From positions 1-64,000 of the forward strand of contig JAVRCJ020000034.1 of NCBI GenBank assembly GCA_034530875.2: DNA of 64,000 bases. The letters are read 5' to 3'. This DNA is from Nostoc sp. DedSLP01. GTDB taxonomy: Bacteria; Cyanobacteriota; Cyanobacteriia; Cyanobacteriales; Nostocaceae. Position numbers and translations under genes: made by a program. This document shows, piece after piece, positions 53,210 through 62,579 of the stretch (its first letter is position 1; every line of letters begins with the position of its first letter). A model generated the notes under the pieces. That model worked only from the letters and a program-made list of their open reading frames with translations, had not been told where the DNA came from and did not search any database.

Positions 53210-53346
53210 AAAACTTCTCTCCTAACCTTTGAAAGTTACTTAATTGGAAGCTAGAACACGACTTTAGTAATACTTGTGGAAATCTTCTACCCCTGTGTTT
53301 ATAAGAAACTCTGCTAGCGGGGTTAGGTTTTTGATTATTACTTGTT

Positions 53347-54009
53347 TCAAGCCAACACTCGATAAACTTGACTCCAGTCAAGGCCAGGGGCTAGCGAAGC
53401 TATTTGCTGTCCATTGCTAAAAAGATTACCAGTATTTGAATCGTAGCTCAAAGGATCAAAATCGGAATTAAAAGTTTCGTAAGCTGATATATTGTAATTT
53501 TTTACAGTATAATTTTTTCCGATACCAGAGGTAAGTTTGAAATCTTTGCTGGGTTGAGCAACAGCAGGGGTAAGTTTTAAGTCTTTGCTAGATCGACCAA
53601 GAGCAGGAGTAAGTTGGAAATCTCTGCGGGATTGAGTAAGAGCAGGGGTAAGTTTTAAATATTTGCTCGATAGAGCGCGAGCAGCCGATTTCAACTCAGC
53701 GATACTTATATTAAAAATACCTTGCAAAACAACAGTATCAGACGATCCAGGAGGAAGGGTAGTAACTAAAAGTATATCTTCGCTAACTGAGAAGTCTGTA
53801 ATTCGATCGATACCTCCACTTAAGTAATTCAGGACAAAGGTATCTCTACCACCACCACCAGTAAGAATGTCATTATCAGCTCCTCCCACTAAACGGTCTT
53901 CACCCGAACTGCCTATTAAAGTGTCATCACCTCGATAACCGTATATTTGATTACCTCCATCCGAAACTGCTAGCCAGTCGTTTCCAGAGGTGCCGTCAAT
54001 CTTTGCCAC
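53347..54009 (-). CDS. Small RTX/hemolysin-type calcium-binding protein
   Basis: Gly/Asp nonapeptide repeats (GDDTLIG, GEDRLVGG, DNDILTGGGGRDTF) and IDRITDF; GTG start after GGAG. Confidence 0.8.
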   Translation of the reverse strand: MAKIDGTSGNDWLAVSDGGNQIYGYRGDDTLIGSSGEDRLVGGADNDILTGGGGRDTFVLNYLSGGIDRITDFSVSEDILLVTTLPPGSSDTVVLQGIFNISIAELKSAARALSSKYLKLTPALTQSRRDFQLTPALGRSSKDLKLTPAVAQPSKDFKLTSGIGKNYTVKNYNISAYETFNSDFDPLSYDSNTGNLFSNGQQIASLAPGLDWSQVYRVLA

Positions 54010-55482
54010 TTTCTTTACTCCCTAAGAAATTAGTGATTTGACTGTTTACCTTGATTAGCGTCGGAGGTGAGCTAAATTTAGTTCAAGGTATAAAATAAGC
54101 CACTCCTATAACCACAAATTTCCTAACACTAACCTCTAGCATTCATAATGCTAGCATCAGGCTACTTCAAGTATACTACACGTCTCGAAAGTAATAATTG
54201 TCAACTTTTATATTTACCTCATTGGATGAATATTTATAGGAATAGTATTTGAGTTGTGAAGACTATTAGCAGTGGCTATTTACTATAAACAACCAACAGC
54301 TTATATGCAAGATTTCAGGAATTATTTAGAACTGCTCTCGGATTTATCACAAAGGTTTAGACCATAAGCCCAAAATGCTTATAAAGCTTAGGCTTGAGAT
54401 AAAATACTTTGCTAACTTACTGTCACGATTTGCACAGCCTCCTAAGAGCTTAAACTCTAAGCTAGATAAAAATTTTAGCGATAACAACAGCAAAGCTTGC
54501 GATAAACCAGGTACAATATGTAGAAAATATAGCTGAAATTATTTAGTACTTATTTAGTTAAGTACTAAATAGAAAACAACAAGGTTAAATATTTTTAACC
54601 TGATACTGGGTAGCGATCGCTCATCATTTTCGTAATCTTAAATTTGAAAATTTAGGAATTTTTTTGTTATTTTTTTTTAGTTGATTACGCAAGTGAAAAT
54701 CGATCGGTTGAAAAATCGCTTATTTGGTTATTTACCAAATAATTGTCTTTTATCTAACCTAAATAAATATTTATCACTATTCTTAGTCTAGGTGACCTTC
54801 TTTACCCAATCTTAAAAATGTAACTTTATGTAATATATTATATATCATTAAGCCTAATAAACTAAAGTTTTCTTTTTAAGAAAAATAATTTAGTTTATTT
54901 ATTAAATAATTTGTGTACAAATTGATTCGTGGCATCAATTCACGAAAATACATTGTTTTGGGCTTTTATCGCTTGTTCTTTGATGATAGACAAACCTGCG
55001 TCGTAGGTGTGCAGCAATGCTCAGAGGCGCTTGCATGATATTAGTTTGACGTTAAGTTGACACAGGTGAGCAATAATGTCAGCCTATGAAATATGTGGTT
55101 TTCAAGCTCCGCATATTTTGTATTTTGTGTTAATGCGTAAGTCCTAATACTTTGTTAACTTTCGCTCGTTTCTTGATGAAAACGCAATTTCTTATTGTGT
55201 CAGTAAAAATTTTGGGATATTATTTAGTATAAACTATAAGTTATTTTTATAAATTCAGCTAAGGATATCTTCGCTACAAGCAAGCATCAAGTTTATAAAA
55301 TATTCATATAATGTTGTTAGTTGTAGGAAGCAGGAATAACAAACGCTCCGGTCTGCATACAGGTTCCTGTGTAAAAATGTCTATTTGTCATATCTTTTTT
55401 ATTTAGTATATTTTTATACATGTAAGATCAAAAATTTCTAACAAAATCTATTGAGCTAGAAATTAACTATATTTTGGTTCGT

Positions 55483-55851
55483 CTAAGATTCACCGTATTC
55501 CATACCATTGGACTCGGCATAACGCTGCATAAATCGCATGAACCGTTCCCAATGTTCGTCGCGCTCGATTTCAAATTCACAGTCTACCCGCTGTAATTCA
55601 TCCCCTTCTGGCCCGCCAAAAATAAATTTTGTCGAAGAAGGAGTGACACTAATTTCACCTTCTTCATCAGTTAATAGCAAGGAATTTAAAGCTTGTTTGG
55701 TAAAGCTATTGAAACCTTCCAAAGCTTGCAATTTATTAAATCTCATCAACACGGTACGTTTACCAGAAATGCGTCCGCGCCGCAAACTGACATTACTTAA
55801 TTCTTCATAAATTCCAGCAAAAAATTGGATTGATGGGTTGGTAGATGTCAT
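55483..55851 (-). CDS. psb28: Photosystem II assembly factor Psb28 (probably Psb28-2)
   Basis: IQFF-x-G, L-x-DEEGEI and WERFMRFM-x-RYA-x2-NG motifs. Confidence 0.92.
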   Translation of the reverse strand: MTSTNPSIQFFAGIYEELSNVSLRRGRISGKRTVLMRFNKLQALEGFNSFTKQALNSLLLTDEEGEISVTPSSTKFIFGGPEGDELQRVDCEFEIERDEHWERFMRFMQRYAESNGMEYGES

Positions 55852-55886
55852 GATAAATACAAAATTAAAAATTCAAAAATCTCAAA

Positions 55887-57506
55887 TTATCTGGGAGGGT
55901 AATACTGGGGATTTATAATAGGAGTTTGATAATTATTTGCAGGTAAAGTACTTCCCATACCATTGGGTACAGGGCTAATAAAAGGAGTTTGATAGCTAGT
56001 CATAGGTACAGTGTTTGTATTACCGTTGGGTAAAACAGGATTAACAATTTGGGGTTGATAACCGCTGGTAGGCACTGTGGTTGAAGTATTGCTTGGGGTT
56101 ACAGAATTTTGGCTAAACTCTTGGTAGGCAGCACGAGAAATTGAGCTAATCAGTTTTTCGGCGCTCGGGTCATTATTGGGGCGTTGTACCATGACAGCAG
56201 CTATGTAGCGCTTACCAGTGGGAACGATAATTAAACCTGCATCTGCCAGCATTGTGCCAATGTCGCCAGTTTTGTGATATACTCTTGCTCCAGTTCCCAC
56301 GCCTGATGGTAATAGTGAGTCTCGCTGGGTGCGGCGCAAAATATCGAGCATTAAATCGCGTGATGGCATACTGACTAAATTTCCCTGGCTGACAATTGCC
56401 ATCAAATTCCCTAATTCTTTGGGACTAGTAGTGTTTGTCCCTTCCAAGTCTGGTAGCTTATTGCGAATGGCTGTGGTTCTCAATCCCCAACTGCGAAAAC
56501 GCTGGTTTAAAGCATCTATGCCTCCGAGTCGGGCAATCAGCATATTTGTGGCTGTGTTGTCGCTGATGGTAATCATTTTGGTGGCGACTTCCAAAGCTGC
56601 GTACTGGGTGCCGGCTGGTTTGTACTGGAGATTTCCCGAACCGCCTGCGATCGCATCTTGCTGCATAGTCAGCATTTCATCGAGGCGAATTTTCCCGGTA
56701 TCGACATCTTGGAAAAAGGCAATCAAAATCGGTATTTTGATTGTGCTAGCCGCAGGAAAACTGGTTGAGGCACTGATATCTACATAATTACCCGTATCCA
56801 AATCTACTAAAAAAACTCCTGACGTGAGATTTGGGTAGCTAGCGGTCAAATTTTGCACCGCATTTTTTAAGGAGGTCATTTCTTGAGATAACAATAGGCC
56901 GGAAGATGCAGCTGGTGCTGTAGTGGTGGGTTGCGGCTGCGATCGCGTCACATTAGTATTACTAGATTGAGGTGCGGAATTTGTGGTGATGCGATTAGCC
57001 GGGTCTAATATAGACAAGGCTGTACCCACAATTGCACCCATGCCAACACCCACAATCAACAACCGGAGTAAATACAATATGGTTTTGGCCATTGGCTTTA
57101 ACCGCGTTTTCCGCGATGAACGCCTGCCGATTTTTGGCTTTTCCATCCGCACTGTTTTAACTGTTGCAGCACCAGGTTGTAAGGGAGGAGTTTTTCCTTT
57201 GACAGTCGGTATTGGTTTGACTGCTGCTGGCATGACTAACTCCGATTTTACCCTGCGTGTAGCCGCTGGTATGGGCGCAGGAGTAATGCGATTTTTTGGG
57301 CGTGTTAGCGCCGTTTGTTTGCCAGTGGCAACTTGCTGCTGACCGTTAGCTTTTAGTTTCTTGGATACCACTTTTTGAACCTTTTGTGGACGCTGGCGGC
57401 GGTTTAGGGGTTGACGCCGCGAGAAAGCTGTTAGTTCGTCACTCGACTCTGACACTGATACTCCTTGTGACCCACTGGACTGTTTTCTTGCAGACTCCTG
57501 ACCCAA
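55887..57506 (-). CDS. Class A beta-lactamase-like serine hydrolase / PBP-A with TM anchor
   Basis: ASTIK (SxxK), SDN and HKTG motifs; start codon uncertain. Confidence 0.88.
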   Translation of the reverse strand: MGQESARKQSSGSQGVSVSESSDELTAFSRRQPLNRRQRPQKVQKVVSKKLKANGQQQVATGKQTALTRPKNRITPAPIPAATRRVKSELVMPAAVKPIPTVKGKTPPLQPGAATVKTVRMEKPKIGRRSSRKTRLKPMAKTILYLLRLLIVGVGMGAIVGTALSILDPANRITTNSAPQSSNTNVTRSQPQPTTTAPAASSGLLLSQEMTSLKNAVQNLTASYPNLTSGVFLVDLDTGNYVDISASTSFPAASTIKIPILIAFFQDVDTGKIRLDEMLTMQQDAIAGGSGNLQYKPAGTQYAALEVATKMITISDNTATNMLIARLGGIDALNQRFRSWGLRTTAIRNKLPDLEGTNTTSPKELGNLMAIVSQGNLVSMPSRDLMLDILRRTQRDSLLPSGVGTGARVYHKTGDIGTMLADAGLIIVPTGKRYIAAVMVQRPNNDPSAEKLISSISRAAYQEFSQNSVTPSNTSTTVPTSGYQPQIVNPVLPNGNTNTVPMTSYQTPFISPVPNGMGSTLPANNYQTPIINPQYYPPR

Positions 57507-57628
57507 AACTTAACCTTCGAGCGATGCGAACGCTCAAATTCCACTTTGCTACTACTAAGTAGCATTTTTGCGTTTAGTTTAATATTAAATATTTTGGGGG
57601 GATGATTGGGTATATATTAAACGAATTA

Positions 57629-58369
57629 TTACAAGTTTTCACCATCCCTCTGGTTTTTCAGTGCCCATTCTACCTGGCGCAAAATTCCTCGTAGCATTGC
57701 TAATTCTCCAGTTTGCAGCCCAGCGCGATTATATAATTGGCGAAATTTTTCCATGCGACTAGCTGCGGTATGTGGATACAGATAACCAATTTTCAATAGT
57801 AATGATTCTAGTTGCTGGTAGTATGTTTCCACAAGATCTAAAGACGCGAGTTCGGTTTGGGGAAAAGCTTGAGTTTGAGCCTGCTGGGAAGATTGTGACA
57901 ATTCATAACAGCAGATTGCTACTGCCGTAGCTAAATTCAAGGATAGATAATTTTGACTTGTGGGAATGAAAACAAATCTTTGAGCATAATTTAGTTCTTC
58001 ATTGCTTAATCCCCGGTCTTCTCTGCCAAAAATTAAAGCTGTGGGTTTTTCTGGTTCTTCTAGCAGCCAAGGTAGTGCGGTGCGGGGGTTTTCTAAAGGG
58101 ATTTCCCAACTACGAACGCGACCTGTAGTAGCGATCGCTCTCACACATCCATACAATGCTTCTGGTAAGGTTGGCACTATAACCGCAGATTCTAAAATTT
58201 CTTTGGCATGGACAGCCATCATTAAAGCTTCAGCCGATAGCCGATCGCATTGGGGATTTACTAATACTAAATTATCTAGTCCGAAATTTTTCATTACCCT
58301 GGCGATCGCTCCGAGGTTTATAGGCCCGGCTGGCTCTACCAACACAATTCTTAATCCAGCCAAGCTCAT
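57629..58369 (-). CDS. trmJ: RNA methyltransferase, TrmJ/LasT (SPOUT) family
   Basis: IVLVEP, NLGAIARVMKNFG, FGREDRGLSNEEL and SLNLA motifs. Confidence 0.88.
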   Translation of the reverse strand: MSLAGLRIVLVEPAGPINLGAIARVMKNFGLDNLVLVNPQCDRLSAEALMMAVHAKEILESAVIVPTLPEALYGCVRAIATTGRVRSWEIPLENPRTALPWLLEEPEKPTALIFGREDRGLSNEELNYAQRFVFIPTSQNYLSLNLATAVAICCYELSQSSQQAQTQAFPQTELASLDLVETYYQQLESLLLKIGYLYPHTAASRMEKFRQLYNRAGLQTGELAMLRGILRQVEWALKNQRDGENL

Positions 58370-58432
58370 TTTTTCCCTCCAGCGATCGTACTTGCAATTC
58401 CATAATTATGATATGGTGATTGTCACTTCACT

Positions 58433-58810
58433 GAGAGGTTGTTTGAAAAGTAGTTGCTTGTGATTTTACTCACTTCTAGATCCCCCCTAATACCGTTTCA
58501 CTTTAAGATTGATAGATTCAGGCAAGCAGGGGAAGCAGGGGAGCAAGAAGAATGATTTGTATCAATAATTTCGTGAAATAGTATGATCCCTTAGACTTTT
58601 CCCCTTTTTAAGGCTACGGTGTACACACATCTGTGTAGGAAACCAAAATCCTCGTAGATCCGTCATTATCCTCCTTAAAAAGGAAGACTTTGAGAAGTTT
58701 TTGCCCCCTAATTTATCGGGGGGTTGGGGGGATCGAAAGTCTAGGAGGCAACTTTAGAAGACTTGTGTGTACACCGTAGCTCTTTTTAAGGGCGCTAGGG
58801 GGATCGAGGT
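58433..58810. mobile_element. Nested MITE cluster
   Basis: Outer GAGAGGTTGTTTGAAAAG end; inner TACCG...TAGTA element at 58491-58583; inner GCTACGGTGTACACAC ... GTGTGTACACCGTAGC element at 58612-58781 flanked by CTTTTTAA repeats. Confidence 0.65.
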
Positions 58811-58998
58811 TTCAAGCTTCAATGGGTAAGTCCTATCAGCGATGTCTGCGTTTCAAAGCGTTCGCAACAAGTATACGACTTTACCAAGAAAGGCAGAAGT
58901 ACGAAGGCAGAGGGCAGAAGGAAAGAATTATCAATAAAAACTTCAGTTGTGGGTATAAAGCCTACTTAAAAACAATAATTATACCGAGACTGCTTGCA

Positions 58999-59023
58999 GC
59001 GTTAGCGTAGCGGGGCGTAGCCC
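58999..59023 (+). repeat. SDR-type small dispersed repeat
   Basis: GTTAGCGTAGCGGGGCGTAGCCC, with an identical core at 40760-40782. Confidence 0.75.
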
Positions 59024-59210
59024 GGTATAAAGCGTCGTTGTTTCAATCCTACTCTTTTAAGGGTGGGTTGCCTTCTACCGGGAGCAATGCGATTTTGTGG
59101 GATGACCCCACCGGGAGAGCGATCGCTAAATCAATATTAAATATTTTAAAATAAATTGCTACACAATAAGTAGTAATATTACATAAAAAGTATAGGTCAT
59201 ATAAAAAGTC

Positions 59211-59995
59211 GGCGTTGCTGAATCCAAGTATGAATCATGCGATCGCCTCAAGCTTGCGGGCGCGTAGCGCCCGCAGCGCCACGGAACCGTACTTGAGATA
59301 ATGTATGAGCAATCGAATAGATAGTTTAAGCATTTCCTCGGACTTGGAATAACAAAAGGTTTTACGATGAAGCCTAGCTAAATAATGTCTAAAACGGCTA
59401 TTTTCGCCTTCTACTCTTGTCATATAAGTTTTGCTTACAATCCGATCCTCATTGCTAATAAAACAAGGGTAAACTGGATAGCCATCTGTGACGTAAAAAT
59501 AAGAATGCCAACAGTTTATTATCTGCCACAAAAGCTTAAAAGTGTCTTTACTTCTGTCTCCTAAAACCCAGACTATAACTCCTGAGACATGCTATGCTTA
59601 TTTACTGCTGTCCACAACCAAACTTTGTTTTTTTTTACCTACAAAAGTTTCAAGTTCATCAACTTGAGTAATTTCTGGTATTTCATTATATTCAGGCGAA
59701 TTAGGTAGGGTATTTCCCATCTCTCTAACCCAATTAATTACAGTCGTATGATGAACTTTATTTACTCGTTGAATTGCACGAAATCCTGAACCATTCACAT
59801 ACATCTCTAAACACTCTTTTTTTATTTCTTCAGGGTAACCCTGCTTTTCATAAGAATCTATAAACTGACGCTCACAATTAACACATATGTGATTTTGTTT
59901 ACTAAGCTTTTTACCATTCTTGCGGATATGAGTGGATGCACACCTTGGACATTTCATCGCGATCGCTCAAATTCATACTTCAATTATGCAACGCC
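59211..59995 (-). mobile_element. IS1-family insertion sequence, 785 bp
   Basis: 25-bp imperfect inverted repeats GGCGTTGCTGAATCCAAGTATGAAT / GGCGTTGCATAATTGAAGTATGAAT enclosing insA and insB. Confidence 0.9.
59235..59957 (-). pseudogene. IS1 transposase InsAB, frameshifted by a 5-bp duplication
   Basis: Zn-ribbon CPRC...CVNC, A9C slippery site, TDG and RVEGENSR-x-RHYLARL motifs; extra AGCAT at 59589-59598 breaks insB. Confidence 0.85.
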
Positions 59996-60099
59996 CAAAA
60001 TTTTATTTGCCTGTTGCCTGCAAGCTCTGTAATTTCGTTAACTTTTGGTCAACTTATGGTTCATAATTTGGCCATTTTTTGGGGAAAAGCATACTATGA

Positions 60100-60480
60100 T
60101 AGGCGATCGCTACTCATTCCACCTGAGCAGCGTCCCATCCACACACGAGATACCCTAGTGCGGATACTTCGCCACCAGTTTCTCGATCGCAATCCGCACT
60201 CGCTGGATCGTCTGCCTAACATTCCATCAGAAAAACATCCCCAGGATTTTCGCGCAACTGTTCTGCCATCTTGAGCTTCTCCATTCTCCAAGACCGCACT
60301 TTCGATCCAATTTTTAACTTTTTCATCCGCCAGGGTCACGCCTTTGTTTGACTGTGCTGCGATTGCCCCTCACTTGTGGTATTACTCCCGCACCGGATAC
60401 CGCCGCATCATTTCGTGCAATCCTACTGGTTCGCCATCCGGGGTATACACAATTTCCCCCGACATTGCAATCACAATCTG
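60100..60480 (-). pseudogene. Degenerate gene remnants, probably plasmid-derived
   Basis: Start-less frames QIVIAMSGEIVYTPDGEPVGLHEMMRRYPVRE* and ...LMEC*ADDPA/RIAIEKLVAKYPH*GISCVDG with in-frame stops; family identity is from recall only. Confidence 0.4.
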
Positions 60481-60747
60481 TAAGTACTATCACATTTTCG
60501 TGAAATGGTATGAGCGATCGCAGTTCAACTCTTGCCTTTAGTCACGTTATTGCAAGAGCTTAACCCAAGGTTTAATCAAACACAACGAGTCGTTAAATAT
60601 TAATTTTTAAATTAACTCTAAACCAACAATGAAATGATATGAGCCAATTTTTTCTAAGCTTTATTTAAAAGTATAAATATTTTTAATATTAAATATTTTA
60701 AAGAAATTGTAAATTACTTTACTGTCCATTTATTTGCTAAGTAAACC

Positions 60748-61761
60748 ATGACTCGAAAATTCTGTCTCCACAACAAAACAATAGCTTTATACTTAGTAGT
60801 TCCATGCTCTTTGGTTCTAGCAGTAGTTAAACCACTGATTAGTAATGCTAATCAAGAATCAAAGCAAAAGTACGAGTATTATTCGTATTCTCTTCCTTTA
60901 GGAAAAGGTAATCTAAAAGAATCACGGGTATCGAAACAGATAGCACCCGGTGTTACCCATACAGTTATTGTTAGAGGCGAACAATCAAAGAATGAAGTAT
61001 ACACAGTTGATGTCATATTTCAAGCTACTCAACAAGCGGCTCAAAATACTGCTAATCTATTGAAATCCCAAGGATACCAACCTTACATAAAACCAATATT
61101 ACAAAGAGTACCAGATGATCCTGAATCTAGTGTACTTGGTTATTTAGTCCGTGTTGGTGCTTTTAATACTGAAGCTCTTGCTGTGAATTTACGAGATCGA
61201 CTGGCAACTATTGGATATTCAGGACTGCGAGTTGTGAATACGGCAGAAGACGACGACCACACAACTGGCCCTTGGGTCGTGAATGTACTGGAAATAGACC
61301 TCCATCAGCCTCATTTAAAGATTATTCCCGCACTCGCTAGCCCAATTGTCCCTGATAATGAACGTTTGACGCAGCTTTCTACTAGAACATCAGCTTTAGC
61401 AGCAGTGAATGGCGGATATTTTGTTATTGGAGCAAACGATGGTACTCCAGGGGACTTAGCAGGTATTTCGATTATTGACGGTAAACTGGTCAGTGAAGCA
61501 GTTAATGGTAGAACAAGCCTAATTCTTCCTGACAGTCTTGGTCGAGATGCTCGTATAACTGCTCTTAGCTCCAAAATTGTGGCAACTGCAAAAAATGGTG
61601 TAACAAGAGAGATAGATGGATTAAACCGCAAGCCAGGATTAATTCGAGGTTGTGGTGGTGTAGGTGGAGACTTACCAACAGCAAAACCTAAGCATGACTT
61701 TACTTGCACAGATAGTAGCGAAATGATTCAATTTAGTCTGTTACTTCATCGTGATTACTGA
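60748..61761 (+). pseudogene. Phosphodiester glycosidase (NAGPA) family protein with SPOR-like domain, 3'-truncated
   Basis: Signal peptide, YLVRVGAF, GPWVVNVL and AVNGGYF present; the expected C-terminal PRT and LDGGGS motifs are absent. Confidence 0.65.
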
Positions 61762-62150
61762 ATCGGTGTTCTAGGGAAGGGATTTTCTTCAAGTGCGATC
61801 GCAACAGCAGCGTTTAGTTTTTCTGGTTCCTTGAGCAAGCGCAACAGTGAACGGGCTTGACGCTCGTTTTTGATGTGTTCCCCCAATTCATCAGCTGCGT
61901 CCCTAACTTTTTTAGCCCCTAGCAGTTGATTGATTCTGCGGTAGTCACCCCAGGCGGATAATTCAGCTTGGCAGTATTGCTCGAAGGTTTTGTAATCAGC
62001 TTCACGATAAAGTTGTTTTTCCCGCATTTGGAGTATTTCATCAACTGCTTGCCACTCAAAGCGGTCGATGGCAGTGAAGGTTTCTTTGATGCTGTCGTTA
62101 AGAATGCTATAGCTGGGTGCTGATGTTGTTTCGCGGTCTAGTGTCAGCAT
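61755..62150 (-). CDS. Hypothetical plasmid/phage-type protein, probably truncated
   Basis: EILQMREKQLYRE-x2-YKTFE-x-YC and NERQAR motifs; collides with the truncated upstream ORF. Confidence 0.55.
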   Translation of the reverse strand: MLTLDRETTSAPSYSILNDSIKETFTAIDRFEWQAVDEILQMREKQLYREADYKTFEQYCQAELSAWGDYRRINQLLGAKKVRDAADELGEHIKNERQARSLLRLLKEPEKLNAAVAIALEENPFPRTPIQ

Positions 62151-62159
62151 GGCATTACC

Positions 62160-62531
62160 TGTATATGCTGCATTGGGGCAGGATGGCGTTATATTCTCTT
62201 ACCAAACAAGAATACCGAAGAAGAAGAAACTCGACTTGAAGATGAAATCACACTGCTCTCACCACAGGAATTAAAGACAGTTTTAGAAGCAGAAATTAAC
62301 AACCATCTGCGCCAAATTCAATTACTGAAGCACGAATTAAAAGCAGTTGGAGTAGGTTTTGTAGCGGCTAACTCTACTAATGCAGAGACTACAGAACAGC
62401 CTGTAGAGCAGCCTTATCCATCTTTGTATGATTTATACGACTTCCAAAATTCTCTAAAATTAGACGAATCTAAAACTATAAACCAAATAGCTTCATCAAA
62501 AACATCAACCAGGGAACGCAACCTTGTATAG
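62160..62531 (+). pseudogene. 5'-truncated gene fragment, about 123 codons, no start codon
   Basis: Open frame CIGAGWRYILLPNKNTEEEE...TRERNLV* that is not in the ORF track. Confidence 0.5.
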
Positions 62532-62579
62532 CGATCGCTCGTCATGTTCGGAGTGCGAGCGTAAACTTCCAAACTCAAG

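Noticed and set aside
56329..58463. Long antisense ORFs opposite the PBP-A-like and trmJ genes
   Set aside because: Typical antisense shadows of conserved genes
58822..59010. 62-aa ORF
   Set aside because: Runs entirely through SDR, STRR and dispersed repeats
59040..59075. GTTTCAATCCTACTCTTTTAAGGGTGGGTTG, resembling a cyanobacterial CRISPR repeat
   Set aside because: Single copy, lacks the GAAAG/GAAAC end, sits inside a larger repeat bounded by GAAGGCA/TGCCTTC units, and no cas genes are in the window
59936..60541. Track ORFs of 112, 81 and 65 aa
   Set aside because: They cross the IS end or are alternative frames of the degenerate remnants
60709..60722. GTA-N8-TAC NtcA-like box before the phosphodiester glycosidase gene
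   Set aside because: Only 25 nt from the ATG, no properly spaced -10 box, and expected by chance in AT-rich DNA
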